From the NCBI GenBank assembly GCA_964016885.1, contig OZ024754.1:19282001-19346000 (forward strand): a DNA stretch of 64,000 nucleotides. Direction: 5' to 3'. The number at the start of each line of letters is the position of its first letter. Position 1 is the stretch's first letter. The translations under genes and the position numbers were made by a program. Positions 50,701-64,000 of this stretch are shown here, in pieces. The notes under the pieces are model-generated. The model was not told the origin of the DNA. It was given only the letters and a program-made list of their open reading frames with translations, and did no database searches. The DNA comes from Eledone cirrhosa (lineage: Eukaryota).

Positions 50701-53700
50701 GTACAACTGTGGCTGAAATGACTCTTCCATTTCAACACAATCCCAGATCAAGTCACTTGCCAGACATATGCAACTGTGGGTAAAATGACTCTTCCATGAT
50801 ATAGTTACTTTAGTTTCAACACAATCTCAGATCAAGTCACTTGCCAGACATGTACAACTGTGGCTAAAATGACTCTTCCATGATATAGTTACTTTAGTTT
50901 CAACACAGTCTCAGATCAAGTCACTTGCCAGACATGTACAACTGTGGCTAAAATGACTCTTCCATGATATAGTTACTTTAGTTTGAACACAGTCTTAGAT
51001 CAAGTCACTTGCCAGACATGTACAACTGTGGCTAAAATAACTCTTAAATGATATAGTTACTTTAGTTTCAACACAGCCTCTGATAAAGTCACTTGCCAGA
51101 CATGTACAACTGTGGCTAAAATGACTGTTCCATGATATAGTTACTTTAGTTTCAACACAGTCTCAGATCAAGTCACTTACCGACATGTACAACTGTTGCT
51201 AAAATGACTCTTCCATGATATAGTTACTTTAGTTTCAACACAGTCTCAGATCAAGTTACTTGCCAGACATGTACAACTGTGGCTAAAATGAATCTTCCAT
51301 GATATAGTTACTTTAGTTTCAATACAGTCTCGAATCAAGTCACTTGCCAGACATGTACAACTGTGTCTAAATTGACTCTTCCATGATATAGTTACTTTAG
51401 TTTCAACACGATCTCAGATCAAGTCACTTGCCAGACATGTGCAACTGTGGCTAAAATGACTCTTCCATGATATAGTTACTTTAGTTTCAACACAATCTCA
51501 GATCATGTCACTTGCCAGACATGTACAACTGTGGCTAAAATGAGTCTACCATGATATAGTTACTTTAGTTTCAACACAGTCACAGATCAAGTCACTTTCA
51601 AGGCATGTACAACTGTGGCTGAAATGACTCTTCCATTATATAGTTACATTACTTTCAACACAGTCCCAGATCAAGTCACTTTCCAGGCATGTACAACTGT
51701 GGCTGGAATGATTCTTCCATTATATAGTTACTTTAGTTTCAACACAATCCCAGATCAAGTCACTTGCCAGACATATGCAACTGTGGCTAAAATGACTCTT
51801 CCATGATATAGTTACTTTAGTTTCAACACAATCTCAGATCAAGTCACTTGCCAGACATGTACAACTGTGGCTAAAATGACTCTTCCATGATATAGTTACT
51901 TTAGTTTCAACACAGTCTTAGATCACGTCACTTGCCAGACATGTATAACTGTGGCTAAAATGACTCTTTCATGATATAGTTACTTTAGTTTCAACACATT
52001 CACAGATCAAGTCACTTGCCAGACATGTACAACTGTAGCTAAAATGACTCTTCCATGATATAGTTACTTTAGTTTAAACACAGTCTCAGATCAAGTCACT
52101 TTCAAGGCATGTACAACTGTGGCTGAAATGACTCTTCCATTATATAGTTACATTACTTTCAACACAGTCCCAGATCAAGTCACTTTCCAGGCATGTACAA
52201 CTGTGGCTGAAATGACTCTTCCATTATATAGTTACTTTAGTTTCAACACAATCCCAGATCAAGTCACTTGCCAGACATATGCAACTGTGGCTAAAATGAC
52301 TCTTCCATGATATAGTTACTTTAGTTTCAACACAATCTCAGATCAAGTCACTTGCCAGACATGTACAACTGTGGCTAAAATGACTCTTCCATGATATAGT
52401 TACTTTAGTTTCAACACAGTCTCAGATCAAGTCACTTGTCAGACATGTACAACTGTGGCTAAAATGACTCTTCCATGATATAGTTACTTTAGTTTCAACA
52501 CAGTCTTAGATCACGTCACTTGCCAGACATGTACAACTGTGGCTAAAATGACTCTTTCATGATATAGTTACTTTAGGTTCAACACGTTCACAGATCAAGT
52601 CACTTGCCAGATATGTACAACTGTAGCTAAAATGACTCTTCCATGATATAGTTACTTTAGTTTGAACACAGTCTTAGATCAAGTCACTTGCTAGACATGT
52701 ACAACTGTGGCTAAAATAACTCTTCCATGATATAGTTACTTTAGTTTCAACACAGTCCCAGATCAAGTCACTTTCCAGGCATGTACAACTGTGGCTGAAA
52801 TGACTCTTCCATGATATAGTTACTTTAGTTTCAACACAGTCACAGATCAAGTCACTTGCCAGATATGTACAAGTTTAGCAAAAATGACTCTTCCATGATA
52901 TAGTTACTTTAGTTTCAACACAACCTCAGATCATGTCACTTGCCAGAGATCTACAACTGTGGCTAAAATGAGTCTACCATGATATAGTTACTTTAGTTTC
53001 AACACAGTCACAGATCAAGTCACTTGCCAGACATGTACAACTGTGGCTAAAATGACTCTTCCATGATATAGTTACTTTAGTTTCAACACAGTCACAGATA
53101 AAGTCACTTGCCAGACATGTACAACTGTGGCTAAAATGAATCTTCCATGATATAGTACTTTAGTTTCAACACACTCTCAGATCAAGTTACTTGCCAGACA
53201 TGTACAACTGTGGCTAAAATGAATCTTCCATGATATAGTTACTTTAGTTTCAATACAGTCTCGAATCAAGTCACTAGCCAGACATGTACAACTGTGGCTA
53301 AAATGACTCTTCCATGATATAGTTACTTTAGTTTCAACACAGTCTCAGATCAAGTTACTTGCCAGACATGTACAACTGTGGCTAAAATGACTCTTCCATG
53401 ATATACTTACTTTAGTTTCAACACAGTTTCACATCAAGTCACTTGCCAGACATGTACAACTGTGGCTAAAATGACTCTTCCATGATATAGTTACTTTAGT
53501 TTCAACACAGTCACAGATAAAGTCACTTGCCAGACATGTACAACTGTGGCTAAAATGACTCATCCATGATATACTTACTTTAGTTTCAACACAGTCACAG
53601 ATCAAGTCACTTGCCAGACATGTACAACTGTGGCTAAAATCACTCTTCCATGAAATAGTTACTTTAGTTTCAACACAGTCTCAGATCAAATCACTTGCCA

Positions 53701-56700
53701 GACATGTACAACTGTGGCTAAAATGACTCTTCCATGATATAGTTACTTTAGTTTGAACACAGTCTTAGATCAAGTCACTTGCCAGACATGTACAACTGTG
53801 GCTAAAATAACTCTTCCATGATATAGTTACTTTAGTTTCAACACAGCCTCTGATAAAGTCACTTGCCAGACATGTACAACTGTGGCTAAAATGACTGTTC
53901 CATGATATAGTTACTTTAGTTTCAACACAGTCTCAGATCAAGTCACTTACCAGACATGTACAACTGTGGCTAAAATGACTCTTCCATGATATAGTTACTT
54001 TAGTTTCAACAGAATCTCAGATCAAGTCACTTGCCAGACATTTACAACTGTGGCTAAAATGACTCTTCCATGATATAGTTACTTTAGTTTCAACACAGTC
54101 TCAGATCAAGTCACTTACCAGACATATGCAACTGTGGCTAAAATGACTCTTCCATGATATAGTTACTTTAGTTTCAACACAATCTCAGATCAAGTCACTT
54201 GCCAGACATGTACAACTGTGGCTAAAATGACTCTTCCATGATATAGTTACTTTAGTTTCAACACAGTCTCAGATCAAGTCACTTGCCAGACATGTACAAC
54301 TGAGGCTAAAATGACTCTTCCATGTTATAGTTACTTTAGTTTCAACACAGTCTTAGATCACGTCACTTGCCAGACATGTACAACTGTGGCTAAAATGACT
54401 CTTTCATGATATAGTTACTTTAGTTTCAACACATTCACAGATCAAGTCACTTGCCAGACATGTACAACTGTGGCTAAAATGACTCTTCCATGATATAGTT
54501 ACTTTAGTTTGAACACAGTCTTAGATCAAGTCACTTGCTAGACATGTACAACTGTGGCTAAAATAACTCTTCCATGATATAGTTACTTTAGTTTCAACAC
54601 AGTCACAGATCATGTCAATTGCCAGAGATCTACAACTGTGGCTAAAATGAGTCTACCATGATATAGTTACTTTAGTTTGAACACAGTCTGAGATCAAGTC
54701 ACTTGCCAGACATGTACAACTGTAGCTAAAATGAATCTTCCATGATGTAGTACTTTAGTTTCAACACAGTCTGAGATCAAGTCACTTGCCAGACATGTAC
54801 AACTGTGGCTAAAATGAATCTTACATGATATAGTTACTTTAGTTTCAACACAGTCTCAGATCAGTTGTCTTGCCAGACATGTACAACTATGGCTAAAATG
54901 ACTCTTCCATGATATAGTTACTTTAGTTTCAACACAGTCTCAGATCATGTCACTTGCCAGACATGTACAACTGTGGCTAAAATGATTCTTCCATGATATA
55001 GTTACTTTAGTTTCAAAATAGTCTCAGATCAAGTCACTTGCCAGACATGTACAACTGTGGCTAAAATGACTCTTCCATGATATAGTTACTTTAGTTTCAA
55101 CACAGTCTCAGATCAAGATACTTGTCAGACATGTACAACTGTGGCTAAAAGGAATCTTCCATGATATAGTTACTTTAGTTTCAACACAGTCTCGAATCAA
55201 GTCACTTGCCAGACATGTACAACTGTGGCTAAAATGACTCTTCCATGATATAGTTACTTTAGTTTCAACACAATCTCAGATCATGTCACTTGCCAGACAT
55301 GTACAACTGTGGCTAAAATGACTCTTCCATGATATAGTTACTTTAGTTTCAACACAGTCCCAGATAAAGTCACTTTCCAGGCATGTACAACTGTGGCTAA
55401 AATGACTCTTTCATGATATAGTTACTTTAGTTTCAACACATTCACAGATCAAGTCACTTGCCAGACATGTACAACTGTGGCTAAAATGACTCTTCCATGA
55501 TATAGTTACTTTAGTTTCAACACAGTCTCAGATCAAGTCACTTGCCAGACATGTACAACTGAGGCTAAAATGACTCTTCCATGTTATAGTTACTTTAGTT
55601 TCAACACAGTCTTAGATCACGTCACTTGCCAGACATGTACAACTGTGGCTAAAATGACTCTTTCATGATATAGTTACTTTAGTTTCAACACATTCACAGA
55701 TCAAGTCACTTGCCAGACATGTACAACTGTGGCTAAAATGACTCTTCCATGATATAGTTACTTTAGTTTGAACACAGTCTTAGATCAAGTCACTTGCTAG
55801 ACATGTACAACTGTGGCTAAAATAACTCTTCCATGATATAGTTACTTTAGTTTCAACACAGTCACAGATCATGTCAATTGCCAGAGATCTACAACTGTGG
55901 CTAAAATGAGTCTACCATGATATAGTTACTTTAGTTTGAACACAGTCTGAGATCAAGTCACTTGCCAGACATGTACAACTGTAGCTAAAATGAATCTTCC
56001 ATGATGTAGTACTTTAGTTTCAACACAGTCTGAGATCAAGTCACTTGCCAGACATGTACAACTGTGGCTAAAATGAATCTTACATGATATAGTTACTTTA
56101 GTTTCAACACAGTCTCAGATCAGTTGTCTTGCCAGACATGTACAACTATGGCTAAAATGACTCTTCCATGATATAGTTACTTTAGTTTCAACACAGTCTC
56201 AGATCATGTCACTTGCCAGACATGTACAACTGTGGCTAAAATGATTCTTCCATGATATAGTTACTTTAGTTTCAAAATAGTCTCAGATCAAGTCACTTGC
56301 CAGACATGTACAACTGTGGCTAAAATGACTCTTCCATGATATAGTTACTTTAGTTTCAACACAGTCTCAGATCAAGATACTTGTCAGACATGTACAACTG
56401 TGGCTAAAATGAATCTTCCATGATATAGTTACTTTAGTTTCAACACAGTCTCGAATCAAGTCACTTGCCAGACATGTACAACTGTGGCTAAAATGACTCT
56501 TCCATGATATAGTTACTTTAGTTTCAACACAATCTCAGATCATGTCACTTGCCAGACATGTACAACTGTGGCTAAAATGACTCTTACATGATATAGTTAC
56601 TTTAGTTTCAACACAGTCCCAGATAAAGTCACTTTCCAGGCATGTACAACTGTGGCTAAAATGACTCTTTCATGATATAGTTACTTTAGTTTCAACACAT

Positions 56701-59700
56701 TCACAGATCAAGTCACTTGCCAGACATGTACAACTGTAGCTAAAATGACTCTTCCATGATATGGTTACTTTAGTTTAAACACAGTCTCAGATCAAGTCAC
56801 TTTCAAGGCATGTACAACTGTGGCTGAAATGACTCTTCCATTATATAGTTACATTACTTTCAACACAGTCACAGATCAAGTCACTTTCCAGGCATGTACA
56901 ACTGTGGCTGAAATGACTCTTCCATTATATAGTTACTTTAGTTTCAACACAATCCCAGATCAAGTCACTTGCCAGACATATGCAACTGTGGCTAAAATGA
57001 CTCTTCCATGATATAGTTACTTTAGTTTCAACACAATCTCAGATCATGTCACTTGCCAGACATGTACAACTGTGGCTAAAATGACTCTTCCATGATATAG
57101 TTACTTTAGTTTCAACACAGTCTCAGATCAAGTCACTTGTCAGACATGTACAACTGTGGCTAAAATGACTCTTCCATGATATAGTTACTTTAGTTTCAAC
57201 ACAGTCTTAGATCACGTCACTTGCCAGACATGTACAACTGTGGCTAAAATGACTCTTTCATGATATAGTTACTTTAGTTTCAACACATTCACAGATCAAG
57301 TCACTTGCCAGACATGTACAACTGTAGCTAAAATGACTCTTCCATGATATAGTTACTTTAGTTTGAACACAGTCTTAGATCAAGTCACTTGCTAGACATG
57401 TACAACTGTGGCTAAAATAACTCTTCCATGATATAGTTATTTTAGTTTCAACACAGTCCCAGATCAAGTCACTTTCCAGGCATGTACAACTGTGGCTGAA
57501 ATGACTCTTCCATGATATAGTTACTTTAGTTTCAACACAGTCTCAGATCAAGTCACTTGCCAGATATGTACAAGTTTAGCAAAAATGACTCTTCAATGAT
57601 ATAGTTACTTTAGTTTCAACACAACCTCAGATCATGTCACTTGCCAGAGATCTACAACTGTGGCTAAAATGAGTCTACCATGATATAGTTACTTTAGTTT
57701 GAACACAGTCTCAGATCAAGTCACTTGCCAGACATGTACAACTGTAGCTAAAATGAATCTTCCATGATGTAGTACTTTAGTTTCAACACTGTCTCAGATC
57801 AAATCACTTGCCAGACATGTACAACTGTGGCTAAAATGAATCTTACATGATATAGTTACTTTAGTTTCAACACAGTCTCAGATCAGTTGTCTTGCCAGAC
57901 ATGTACAACTGTGGCTAAAATGACTCTTCCATGATATAGTTACTTTAGTTTCAACACAGTCTCAGATCAAGTCACTTGCCAGACATGTACAACTGTGGCT
58001 AAAATGACTCTTCCATGATATAGTTACTTTAGTTTCAAAATAGTCTCAGATCAAGTCACTTGCCAGACATGTACAACTGTGGCTAAAATGACTCTTCCAT
58101 GATATAGTTACTTTAGTTTCAACACAGTCTCAGATTAAGATACTTGTCAGACATGTACAACTGTGGCTAAAATGAATCTTCCATGATATAGTTACTTTAG
58201 TTTCAACACAGTCTCGAATCAAGTCACTTGCCAGACATGTACAACTGTAGCTAAAATGACTCTTCCATGATATGGTTACTTTAGCTTAAACACAGTCTCA
58301 GATCAAGTCACTTCCAAGGCATGTACAACTGTGGCTGAAATGACTCCTCCATTATATAGTTACATTACTTTCAACACAGTCACAGATCAAGTCACTTTCC
58401 AGGCATGTACAACTGTGGCTGAAATGACTCTTCCATTATATAGTTACTTTAGTTTCAACACAATCCCAGATCAAGTCACTTGCCAGACATATGCAACTGT
58501 GGCTAAAATGACTCTTCCATGATATAGTTACTTTAGTTTCAACACAATCTCAGATCAAGTCACTTGCCAGACATGTACAACTGTGGCTAAAATGACTCTT
58601 CCATGATATAGTTACTTTAGTTTCAAAATAGTCTCAGATCAAGTCACTTGCCAGACATGTATAACTGTGGCTAAAATGACTCTTCCATGATATAGTTACT
58701 TTAGTTTCAACACAGTCTCAGATCAAGTTACTTGCCAGACATGTACAACTGTGGCTAAAATGACTCTTCCATGATATAGTTACTTTAGTTTCAAAATAGT
58801 CTCAGATCAAGTCACTTGCCAGACATGTACAACTGTGGCTAAAATGACTCTTCCATGATATAGTTACTTTAGTTTCAACACAGTCTCAGATCAAGATACT
58901 TGTCAGACATGTACAACTGTGGCTAAAATGAATCTTCCATGATATAGTTACTTTAGTTTCAACACAATCTCAGATCATGTCACTTGCCAGACATGTACAA
59001 CTGTGGCTAAAATGACTCTTCCATGATATAGTTACTTTAGTTTCAACACAGTCCCAGATAAAGTCACTTTCCAGGCATGTACAACTGTGGCTAAAATGAC
59101 TCTTTCATGATATAGTTACTTTAGTTTCAACACATTCACAGATCAAGTCACTTGCAAGACATGTACAACTGTGGCTAAAATGACTCTTCCATGATATACT
59201 TACTTTAGTTTCAACACAGTCTCAGATCAAGTCACTTGTCAGAGATGTACAACTGTGGCTAAAATGACTCTTCCATGATATAGTTACTTTAGTTTCAACA
59301 CAGTCTTAGATCACGTCACTTGCCAGACATGTACAACTGTGGCTAAAATGACTCTTTTATGATATAGTTACTTTAGTTTCAACACATTCATAGATCAAGT
59401 CACTTGCCAGACATGTACAACTGTAGCTAAAATGACTCTTCCATGATATAGTTACTTTAGTTTGAACACAGTCTTAGATCAAGTCACTTGCTAGACATGT
59501 ACAACTGTGGCTAAAATAACTCTTCCATAATATAGTTACTTTAGTTTCATCACAGTCCCAGATCAAGTCACTTTCCAGGCATGTACAACTGTGGCTGAAA
59601 TGACTCTTCCATGATATAGTTACTTTAGTTTCAAAATAGTCTCAGATCAAGTCACTTGCCAGACATGTATAACTGTGGCTAAAATGACTCTTCCATGATA

Positions 59701-62700
59701 TAGTTACTTTAGTTTCAACACAACCTCAGATCATGTCACTTGCCAGAGATCTACAACTGTGGCTAAAATGAGTCTACCATGATATAGTTACTTTAGTTTG
59801 AACACAGTCTCAGATCAAGTCACTTGCCAGACATGTACAACTGTAGCTAAAATGAATCTTCCATGATGTAGTACTTTAGTTTCAACACTGTCTCAGATCA
59901 AGTCACTTGCCAGACATGTACAACTGTGGCTAAAATGAATCTTACATGATATAGTTACTTTAGTTTGAACACAGTCTCAGATCAGTTGTCTTGCCAGACA
60001 TGTACAACTGTGGGTAAAATGACTCTTCCATGATATAGTTACTTTAGTTTCAACACAGTCTCAGATCAAGTCACTTGCCAGACATGTACAACTGTGGCTA
60101 AAATGACTCTTCCATGATATAGTTACTTTAGTTTCAAAATAGTCTCAGATCAGGGTCACTTGCCAGACATGTACAACTGTGGCTAAAATGACTCTTCCAT
60201 GATATAGTTACTTTAGTTTCAACACAGTCTCAGATCAAGATACTTGTCAGACATGTACAACTGTGGCTAAAATGAATCTTCCATGATATAGTTACTTTAG
60301 TTTCAACACAGTCTCGAATCAAGTCACTTGCCAGACATGTACAACTGTAGCTAAAATGACTCTTCCATGATATGGTTACTTTAGTTTAAACACAGTCACA
60401 GATCAAGTCACTTTCCAGGCATGTACAACTGTGGCTGAAATGACTCTTCCATTATATAGTTACTTTAGTTTCAACACAATCCCAGATCAAGTCACTTGCC
60501 AGATATATGCAACTGTGGCTAAAATGACTCTTCCATGATATAGTTACTTTAGTTTCAACACAATCTCAGATCAAGTCACTTGCCAGACATGTACAACTGT
60601 GGCTAAAATGACTCTTCCATGATATAGTTACTTTAGTTTCAACACAGTCTCAGATCAAGTCACTTGTTAGACATGTACAACTGTGGCTAAAATGACTCTT
60701 CCATGATATAGTTACTTTAGTTTGAACACAGTCTTAGATCAAGTCACTTGCCAGACATGTACAACTGTGGCTAAAATAACTCTTCCATGATATAGTTACT
60801 TTAGTTTCAACACAATCTCAGATCAAGTCACTTGCCAGACATTTACAACTGTGGCTAAAATGACTCTTCCATGATATAGTTACTTTAGTTTCAACACAGT
60901 CTCAGATCAAGTTACTTGCCAGACATGTACAACTGTGGCTGAAATGAATCTTCCATGATATAGTTACTTTAGTTTCAATACAGTCTCGAATCAAGTCACT
61001 TGCCAGACATGTACAACTGTGGCTAAATTGACTCTTCCATGATATAGTTACTTTAGTTTCAACACGATCTCAGATCAAGTCACTTGCCAGACATGTGCAA
61101 CTGTGGCTAAAATGACTCTTCCATGATATAGTTACTTTAGTTTCAACACAATCTCAGATAATGTCACTTGCCAGACATGTACAACTCTGGCTAAAATAAC
61201 TCTTCCATGATATAGTTACTTTAGTTTCAACACAGTCCCAGATCAAGTCACTTTCCAGGCATGTACAACTGTGGCTGAAATGACTCTTCCATGATATAGT
61301 TACTTTAGTTTCAACACAATCACAGATCAAGTCACTTGCCAGACATGTACAAGTTTAGCAAAAATGACTCTTCAATGATATAGTTACTTTAGTTTCAACA
61401 CAACCTCAGATCATTTCACTTGCCAGAGATCTACAACTGTGGCTAAAATGAGTCTACCATGATATAGTTACTTTAGTTTCAACACAGTCTCAGATCAAGT
61501 CACTTGCCAGACATGTACAACTGTGGCTAAAATTACTCTTTCATGATATAGTTACTTTAGTTTCAACACATTCACAGATCAAGTCACTTGCCAGACATGT
61601 ACAACCGTAGCTAAAATGACTCTTCCATGATATAGTTACTTTAGTTTAAACACAGTCTCAGATCAAGTCAATTTCAAGGCATGTACAACTGTGGCTGAAA
61701 TGACTCTTCCATTATATAGTTACATTACTTTCAACACAGTCACAGATCAAGTCACTTTCCAGGCATGTACAACTGTGGCTGAAATGACTCTTCCATTATA
61801 TAGTTACTTTAGTTTCAACACAATCCCAGATCAAGTCACTTGCCAGACATATGCAACTGTGGCTAAAATGACTCTTCCATGATATAGTTACTTTAGTTTC
61901 AACACAATCTCAGATCATGTCACTTGCCAGACATGTACAACTGTGGCTCAAATGACTCTTCCATGATATAGTTACTTTAGTTTCAACACAGTGTCAGATC
62001 AAGTCACTTGTCAGACATGTACAACTGTGGCTAAAATGACTCTTCCATGATATAGTTACTTTAGTTTGAACACAGTCTTAGTTCAAGTCACTTGCCAGAC
62101 ATGTACAACTGTGGCTAAAATAACTCTTCCATGATATAGTTACTTTAGTTTCAACACAGCCTCTGATAAAGTCACTTGCCAGACATGTACAACTGTGGCT
62201 AAAATGACTCTTCCATGATATAGTTACTTTAGTTTCAACACACTCTCAGATCAAGTCACTTACCAGACATGTACAACTGTGGCTAAAATGACTCTTCCAT
62301 GATATAGTTACTTTAGTTTCAACACAATCTCAGATCAAGTCACTTGCCAGACATTTACAACTGTGGCTAAAATGACTCTTCCATGATATAGTTACATTAG
62401 TTTCAACACAGTCTCAGATCAGGTTACTTGCCAGACATGTACAACTGTGGCTGAAATGACTCTTCCATGATATAGTTACTTTAGTTTCAACACAGTCACA
62501 GATCAAGTCACTTGCCAGATATGTACAAGTTTAGCAAAAATGACTCTTCAATGATATAGTTACTTTAGTTTCAACACAACCTCAGATCATGTCACTTGCC
62601 AGAGATCTACAACTGTGGCTAAAATGAGTCTACCATGATATAGTTACTTTAGTTTGAACACAGTCTCAGATCAAGTCACTTGCCAGACATGTACAACTGT

Positions 62701-64000
62701 AGCTAAAATGAATCTTCCATGATGTAGTACTTTAGTTTCAACACTGTCTCAGATCAAGTCACTTGCCAGACATGTACAACTGTGGCTAAAATGAATCTTA
62801 CATGATATAGTTACTTTAGTTTCAACACAGTCTCAGATCAGTTGTCTTGCCAGACATGTACAACTGTGGCTAAAATGACTCTTCCATGATATAGTTACTT
62901 TAGTTTCAACACAGTCTCAGATCAAGTCACTTGCCAGACATGTACAACTGTGGCTAAAATGACTCTTCCATGATATAGTTACTTTAGTTTCAAAATAGTC
63001 TCAGATCAAGTCACTTGCCAGACATGTACAACTGTGGCTAAAATGACTCTTCCATGATATAGTTACTTTAGTTTCAACACAGTCTCAGATCAAGATACTT
63101 GTCAGACATGTACAACTGTGGCTAAAATGAATCTTCCATGATATAGTTACTTTAGTTTCAACACAGTCTCGAATCAAGTCACTTGCCAGACATGTACAAC
63201 TGTAGCTAAAATGACTCTTCCATGATATGGTTACTTTAGTTTAAACACAGTCTCAGATCAAGTCACTTTCAAGGCATGTACAACTGTGGCTGAAATGACT
63301 CCGCCATTATATAGTTACTTTAGTTTCAACACAATCTCAGATCAAATCACTTGCCAGACATGTACAACTGTGGCTAAAATGACTCTTCCATGATAAAGTT
63401 ACTTTAGTTTCAACACAGTCTCAGATCAAGTCACTTGTCAGACATGTACAACTGTGTCTAAAATGACTCTTCCATGATATAGTTACTTTAGTTTGAACAC
63501 AGTCTTAGATCAAGTCACTTGACAGACATGTACAACTGTGGCTAAAATAACTCTTCCATGATATAGTTACTTTAGTTTCAACACAATCTCAGATCAAGTC
63601 ACTTGCCAGACATTTACAACTGTGGCTAAAATGACTCTTCCATGATATAGTTACTTTAGTTTCAACACAGTCTCAGATCAAGTTACTTGCCAGACATGTA
63701 CAACTGTGGCTAAAATGAATCTTCCATGATATAGTTACTTTAGTTTCAATACAGTCTCGAATCAAGTCACTTGCCAGACATGTACAACTGTGGCTAAATT
63801 GACTCTTCCATGATATAGTTACTTTAGTTTCAACACGATCTCAGATCAAGTCACTTGCCAGACATGTGCAACTGTGGCTAAAATGACTCTTCCATGATAT
63901 AGTTACTTTAGTTTCAACACAATCTCAGATAATGTCACTTGCCAGACATGTACAACTCTGGCTAAAATAACTCTTCCATGATATAGTTACTTTAGTTTCA
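44779..64000. repeat. 84-bp satellite (roughly 229 units, continues past the window end) with higher-order duplications
   Basis: Unit aaaatgactcttccatgatatagttactttagtttcaacacagtctcagatcaagtcacttgccagacatgtacaactgtggct. Confidence 0.99.

Overview
AT-rich, microsatellite-dense metazoan DNA. I infer an octopus (cephalopod) genome from the OR/OK-like tRNA-derived SINEs and the (TA)/(CA)/(TG) tracts. No intact host gene is recognisable, and nearly all ORFs in the supplied track are microsatellite or satellite translation artefacts. The window holds decayed DNA transposons (two hAT transposases, a Chapaev-type fragment, two non-autonomous Helitrons) and LINE fragments (RTE and RLE type). It also holds three Penelope-like element (PLE) coding remnants (Naiad-type, Neptune-type and a GIY-YIG tail), about 15 SINE copies, and three satellites (40/35 bp, 50-60 bp and 84 bp, the last running off the end). 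The main hidden signal is RNA-structural: I read 14 type I hammerhead ribozyme (HHR) motifs by eye between 470 and 40634. They occur in three settings: (i) two copies of a non-coding ~430-bp retrozyme-like element present as ~1.5 tandem units, one with a 9-bp target-site duplication and a covarying helix-I pair between the copies; (ii) PLE pseudo-LTRs (pLTRs); (iii) short tail-out fold-back insertions in (TA)n tracts, including a nested 7.7-kb set of PLE inverted repeats. The 40-bp and 84-bp satellites also share two motif blocks in the same order. All coordinates were read manually and may be off by a few bases.
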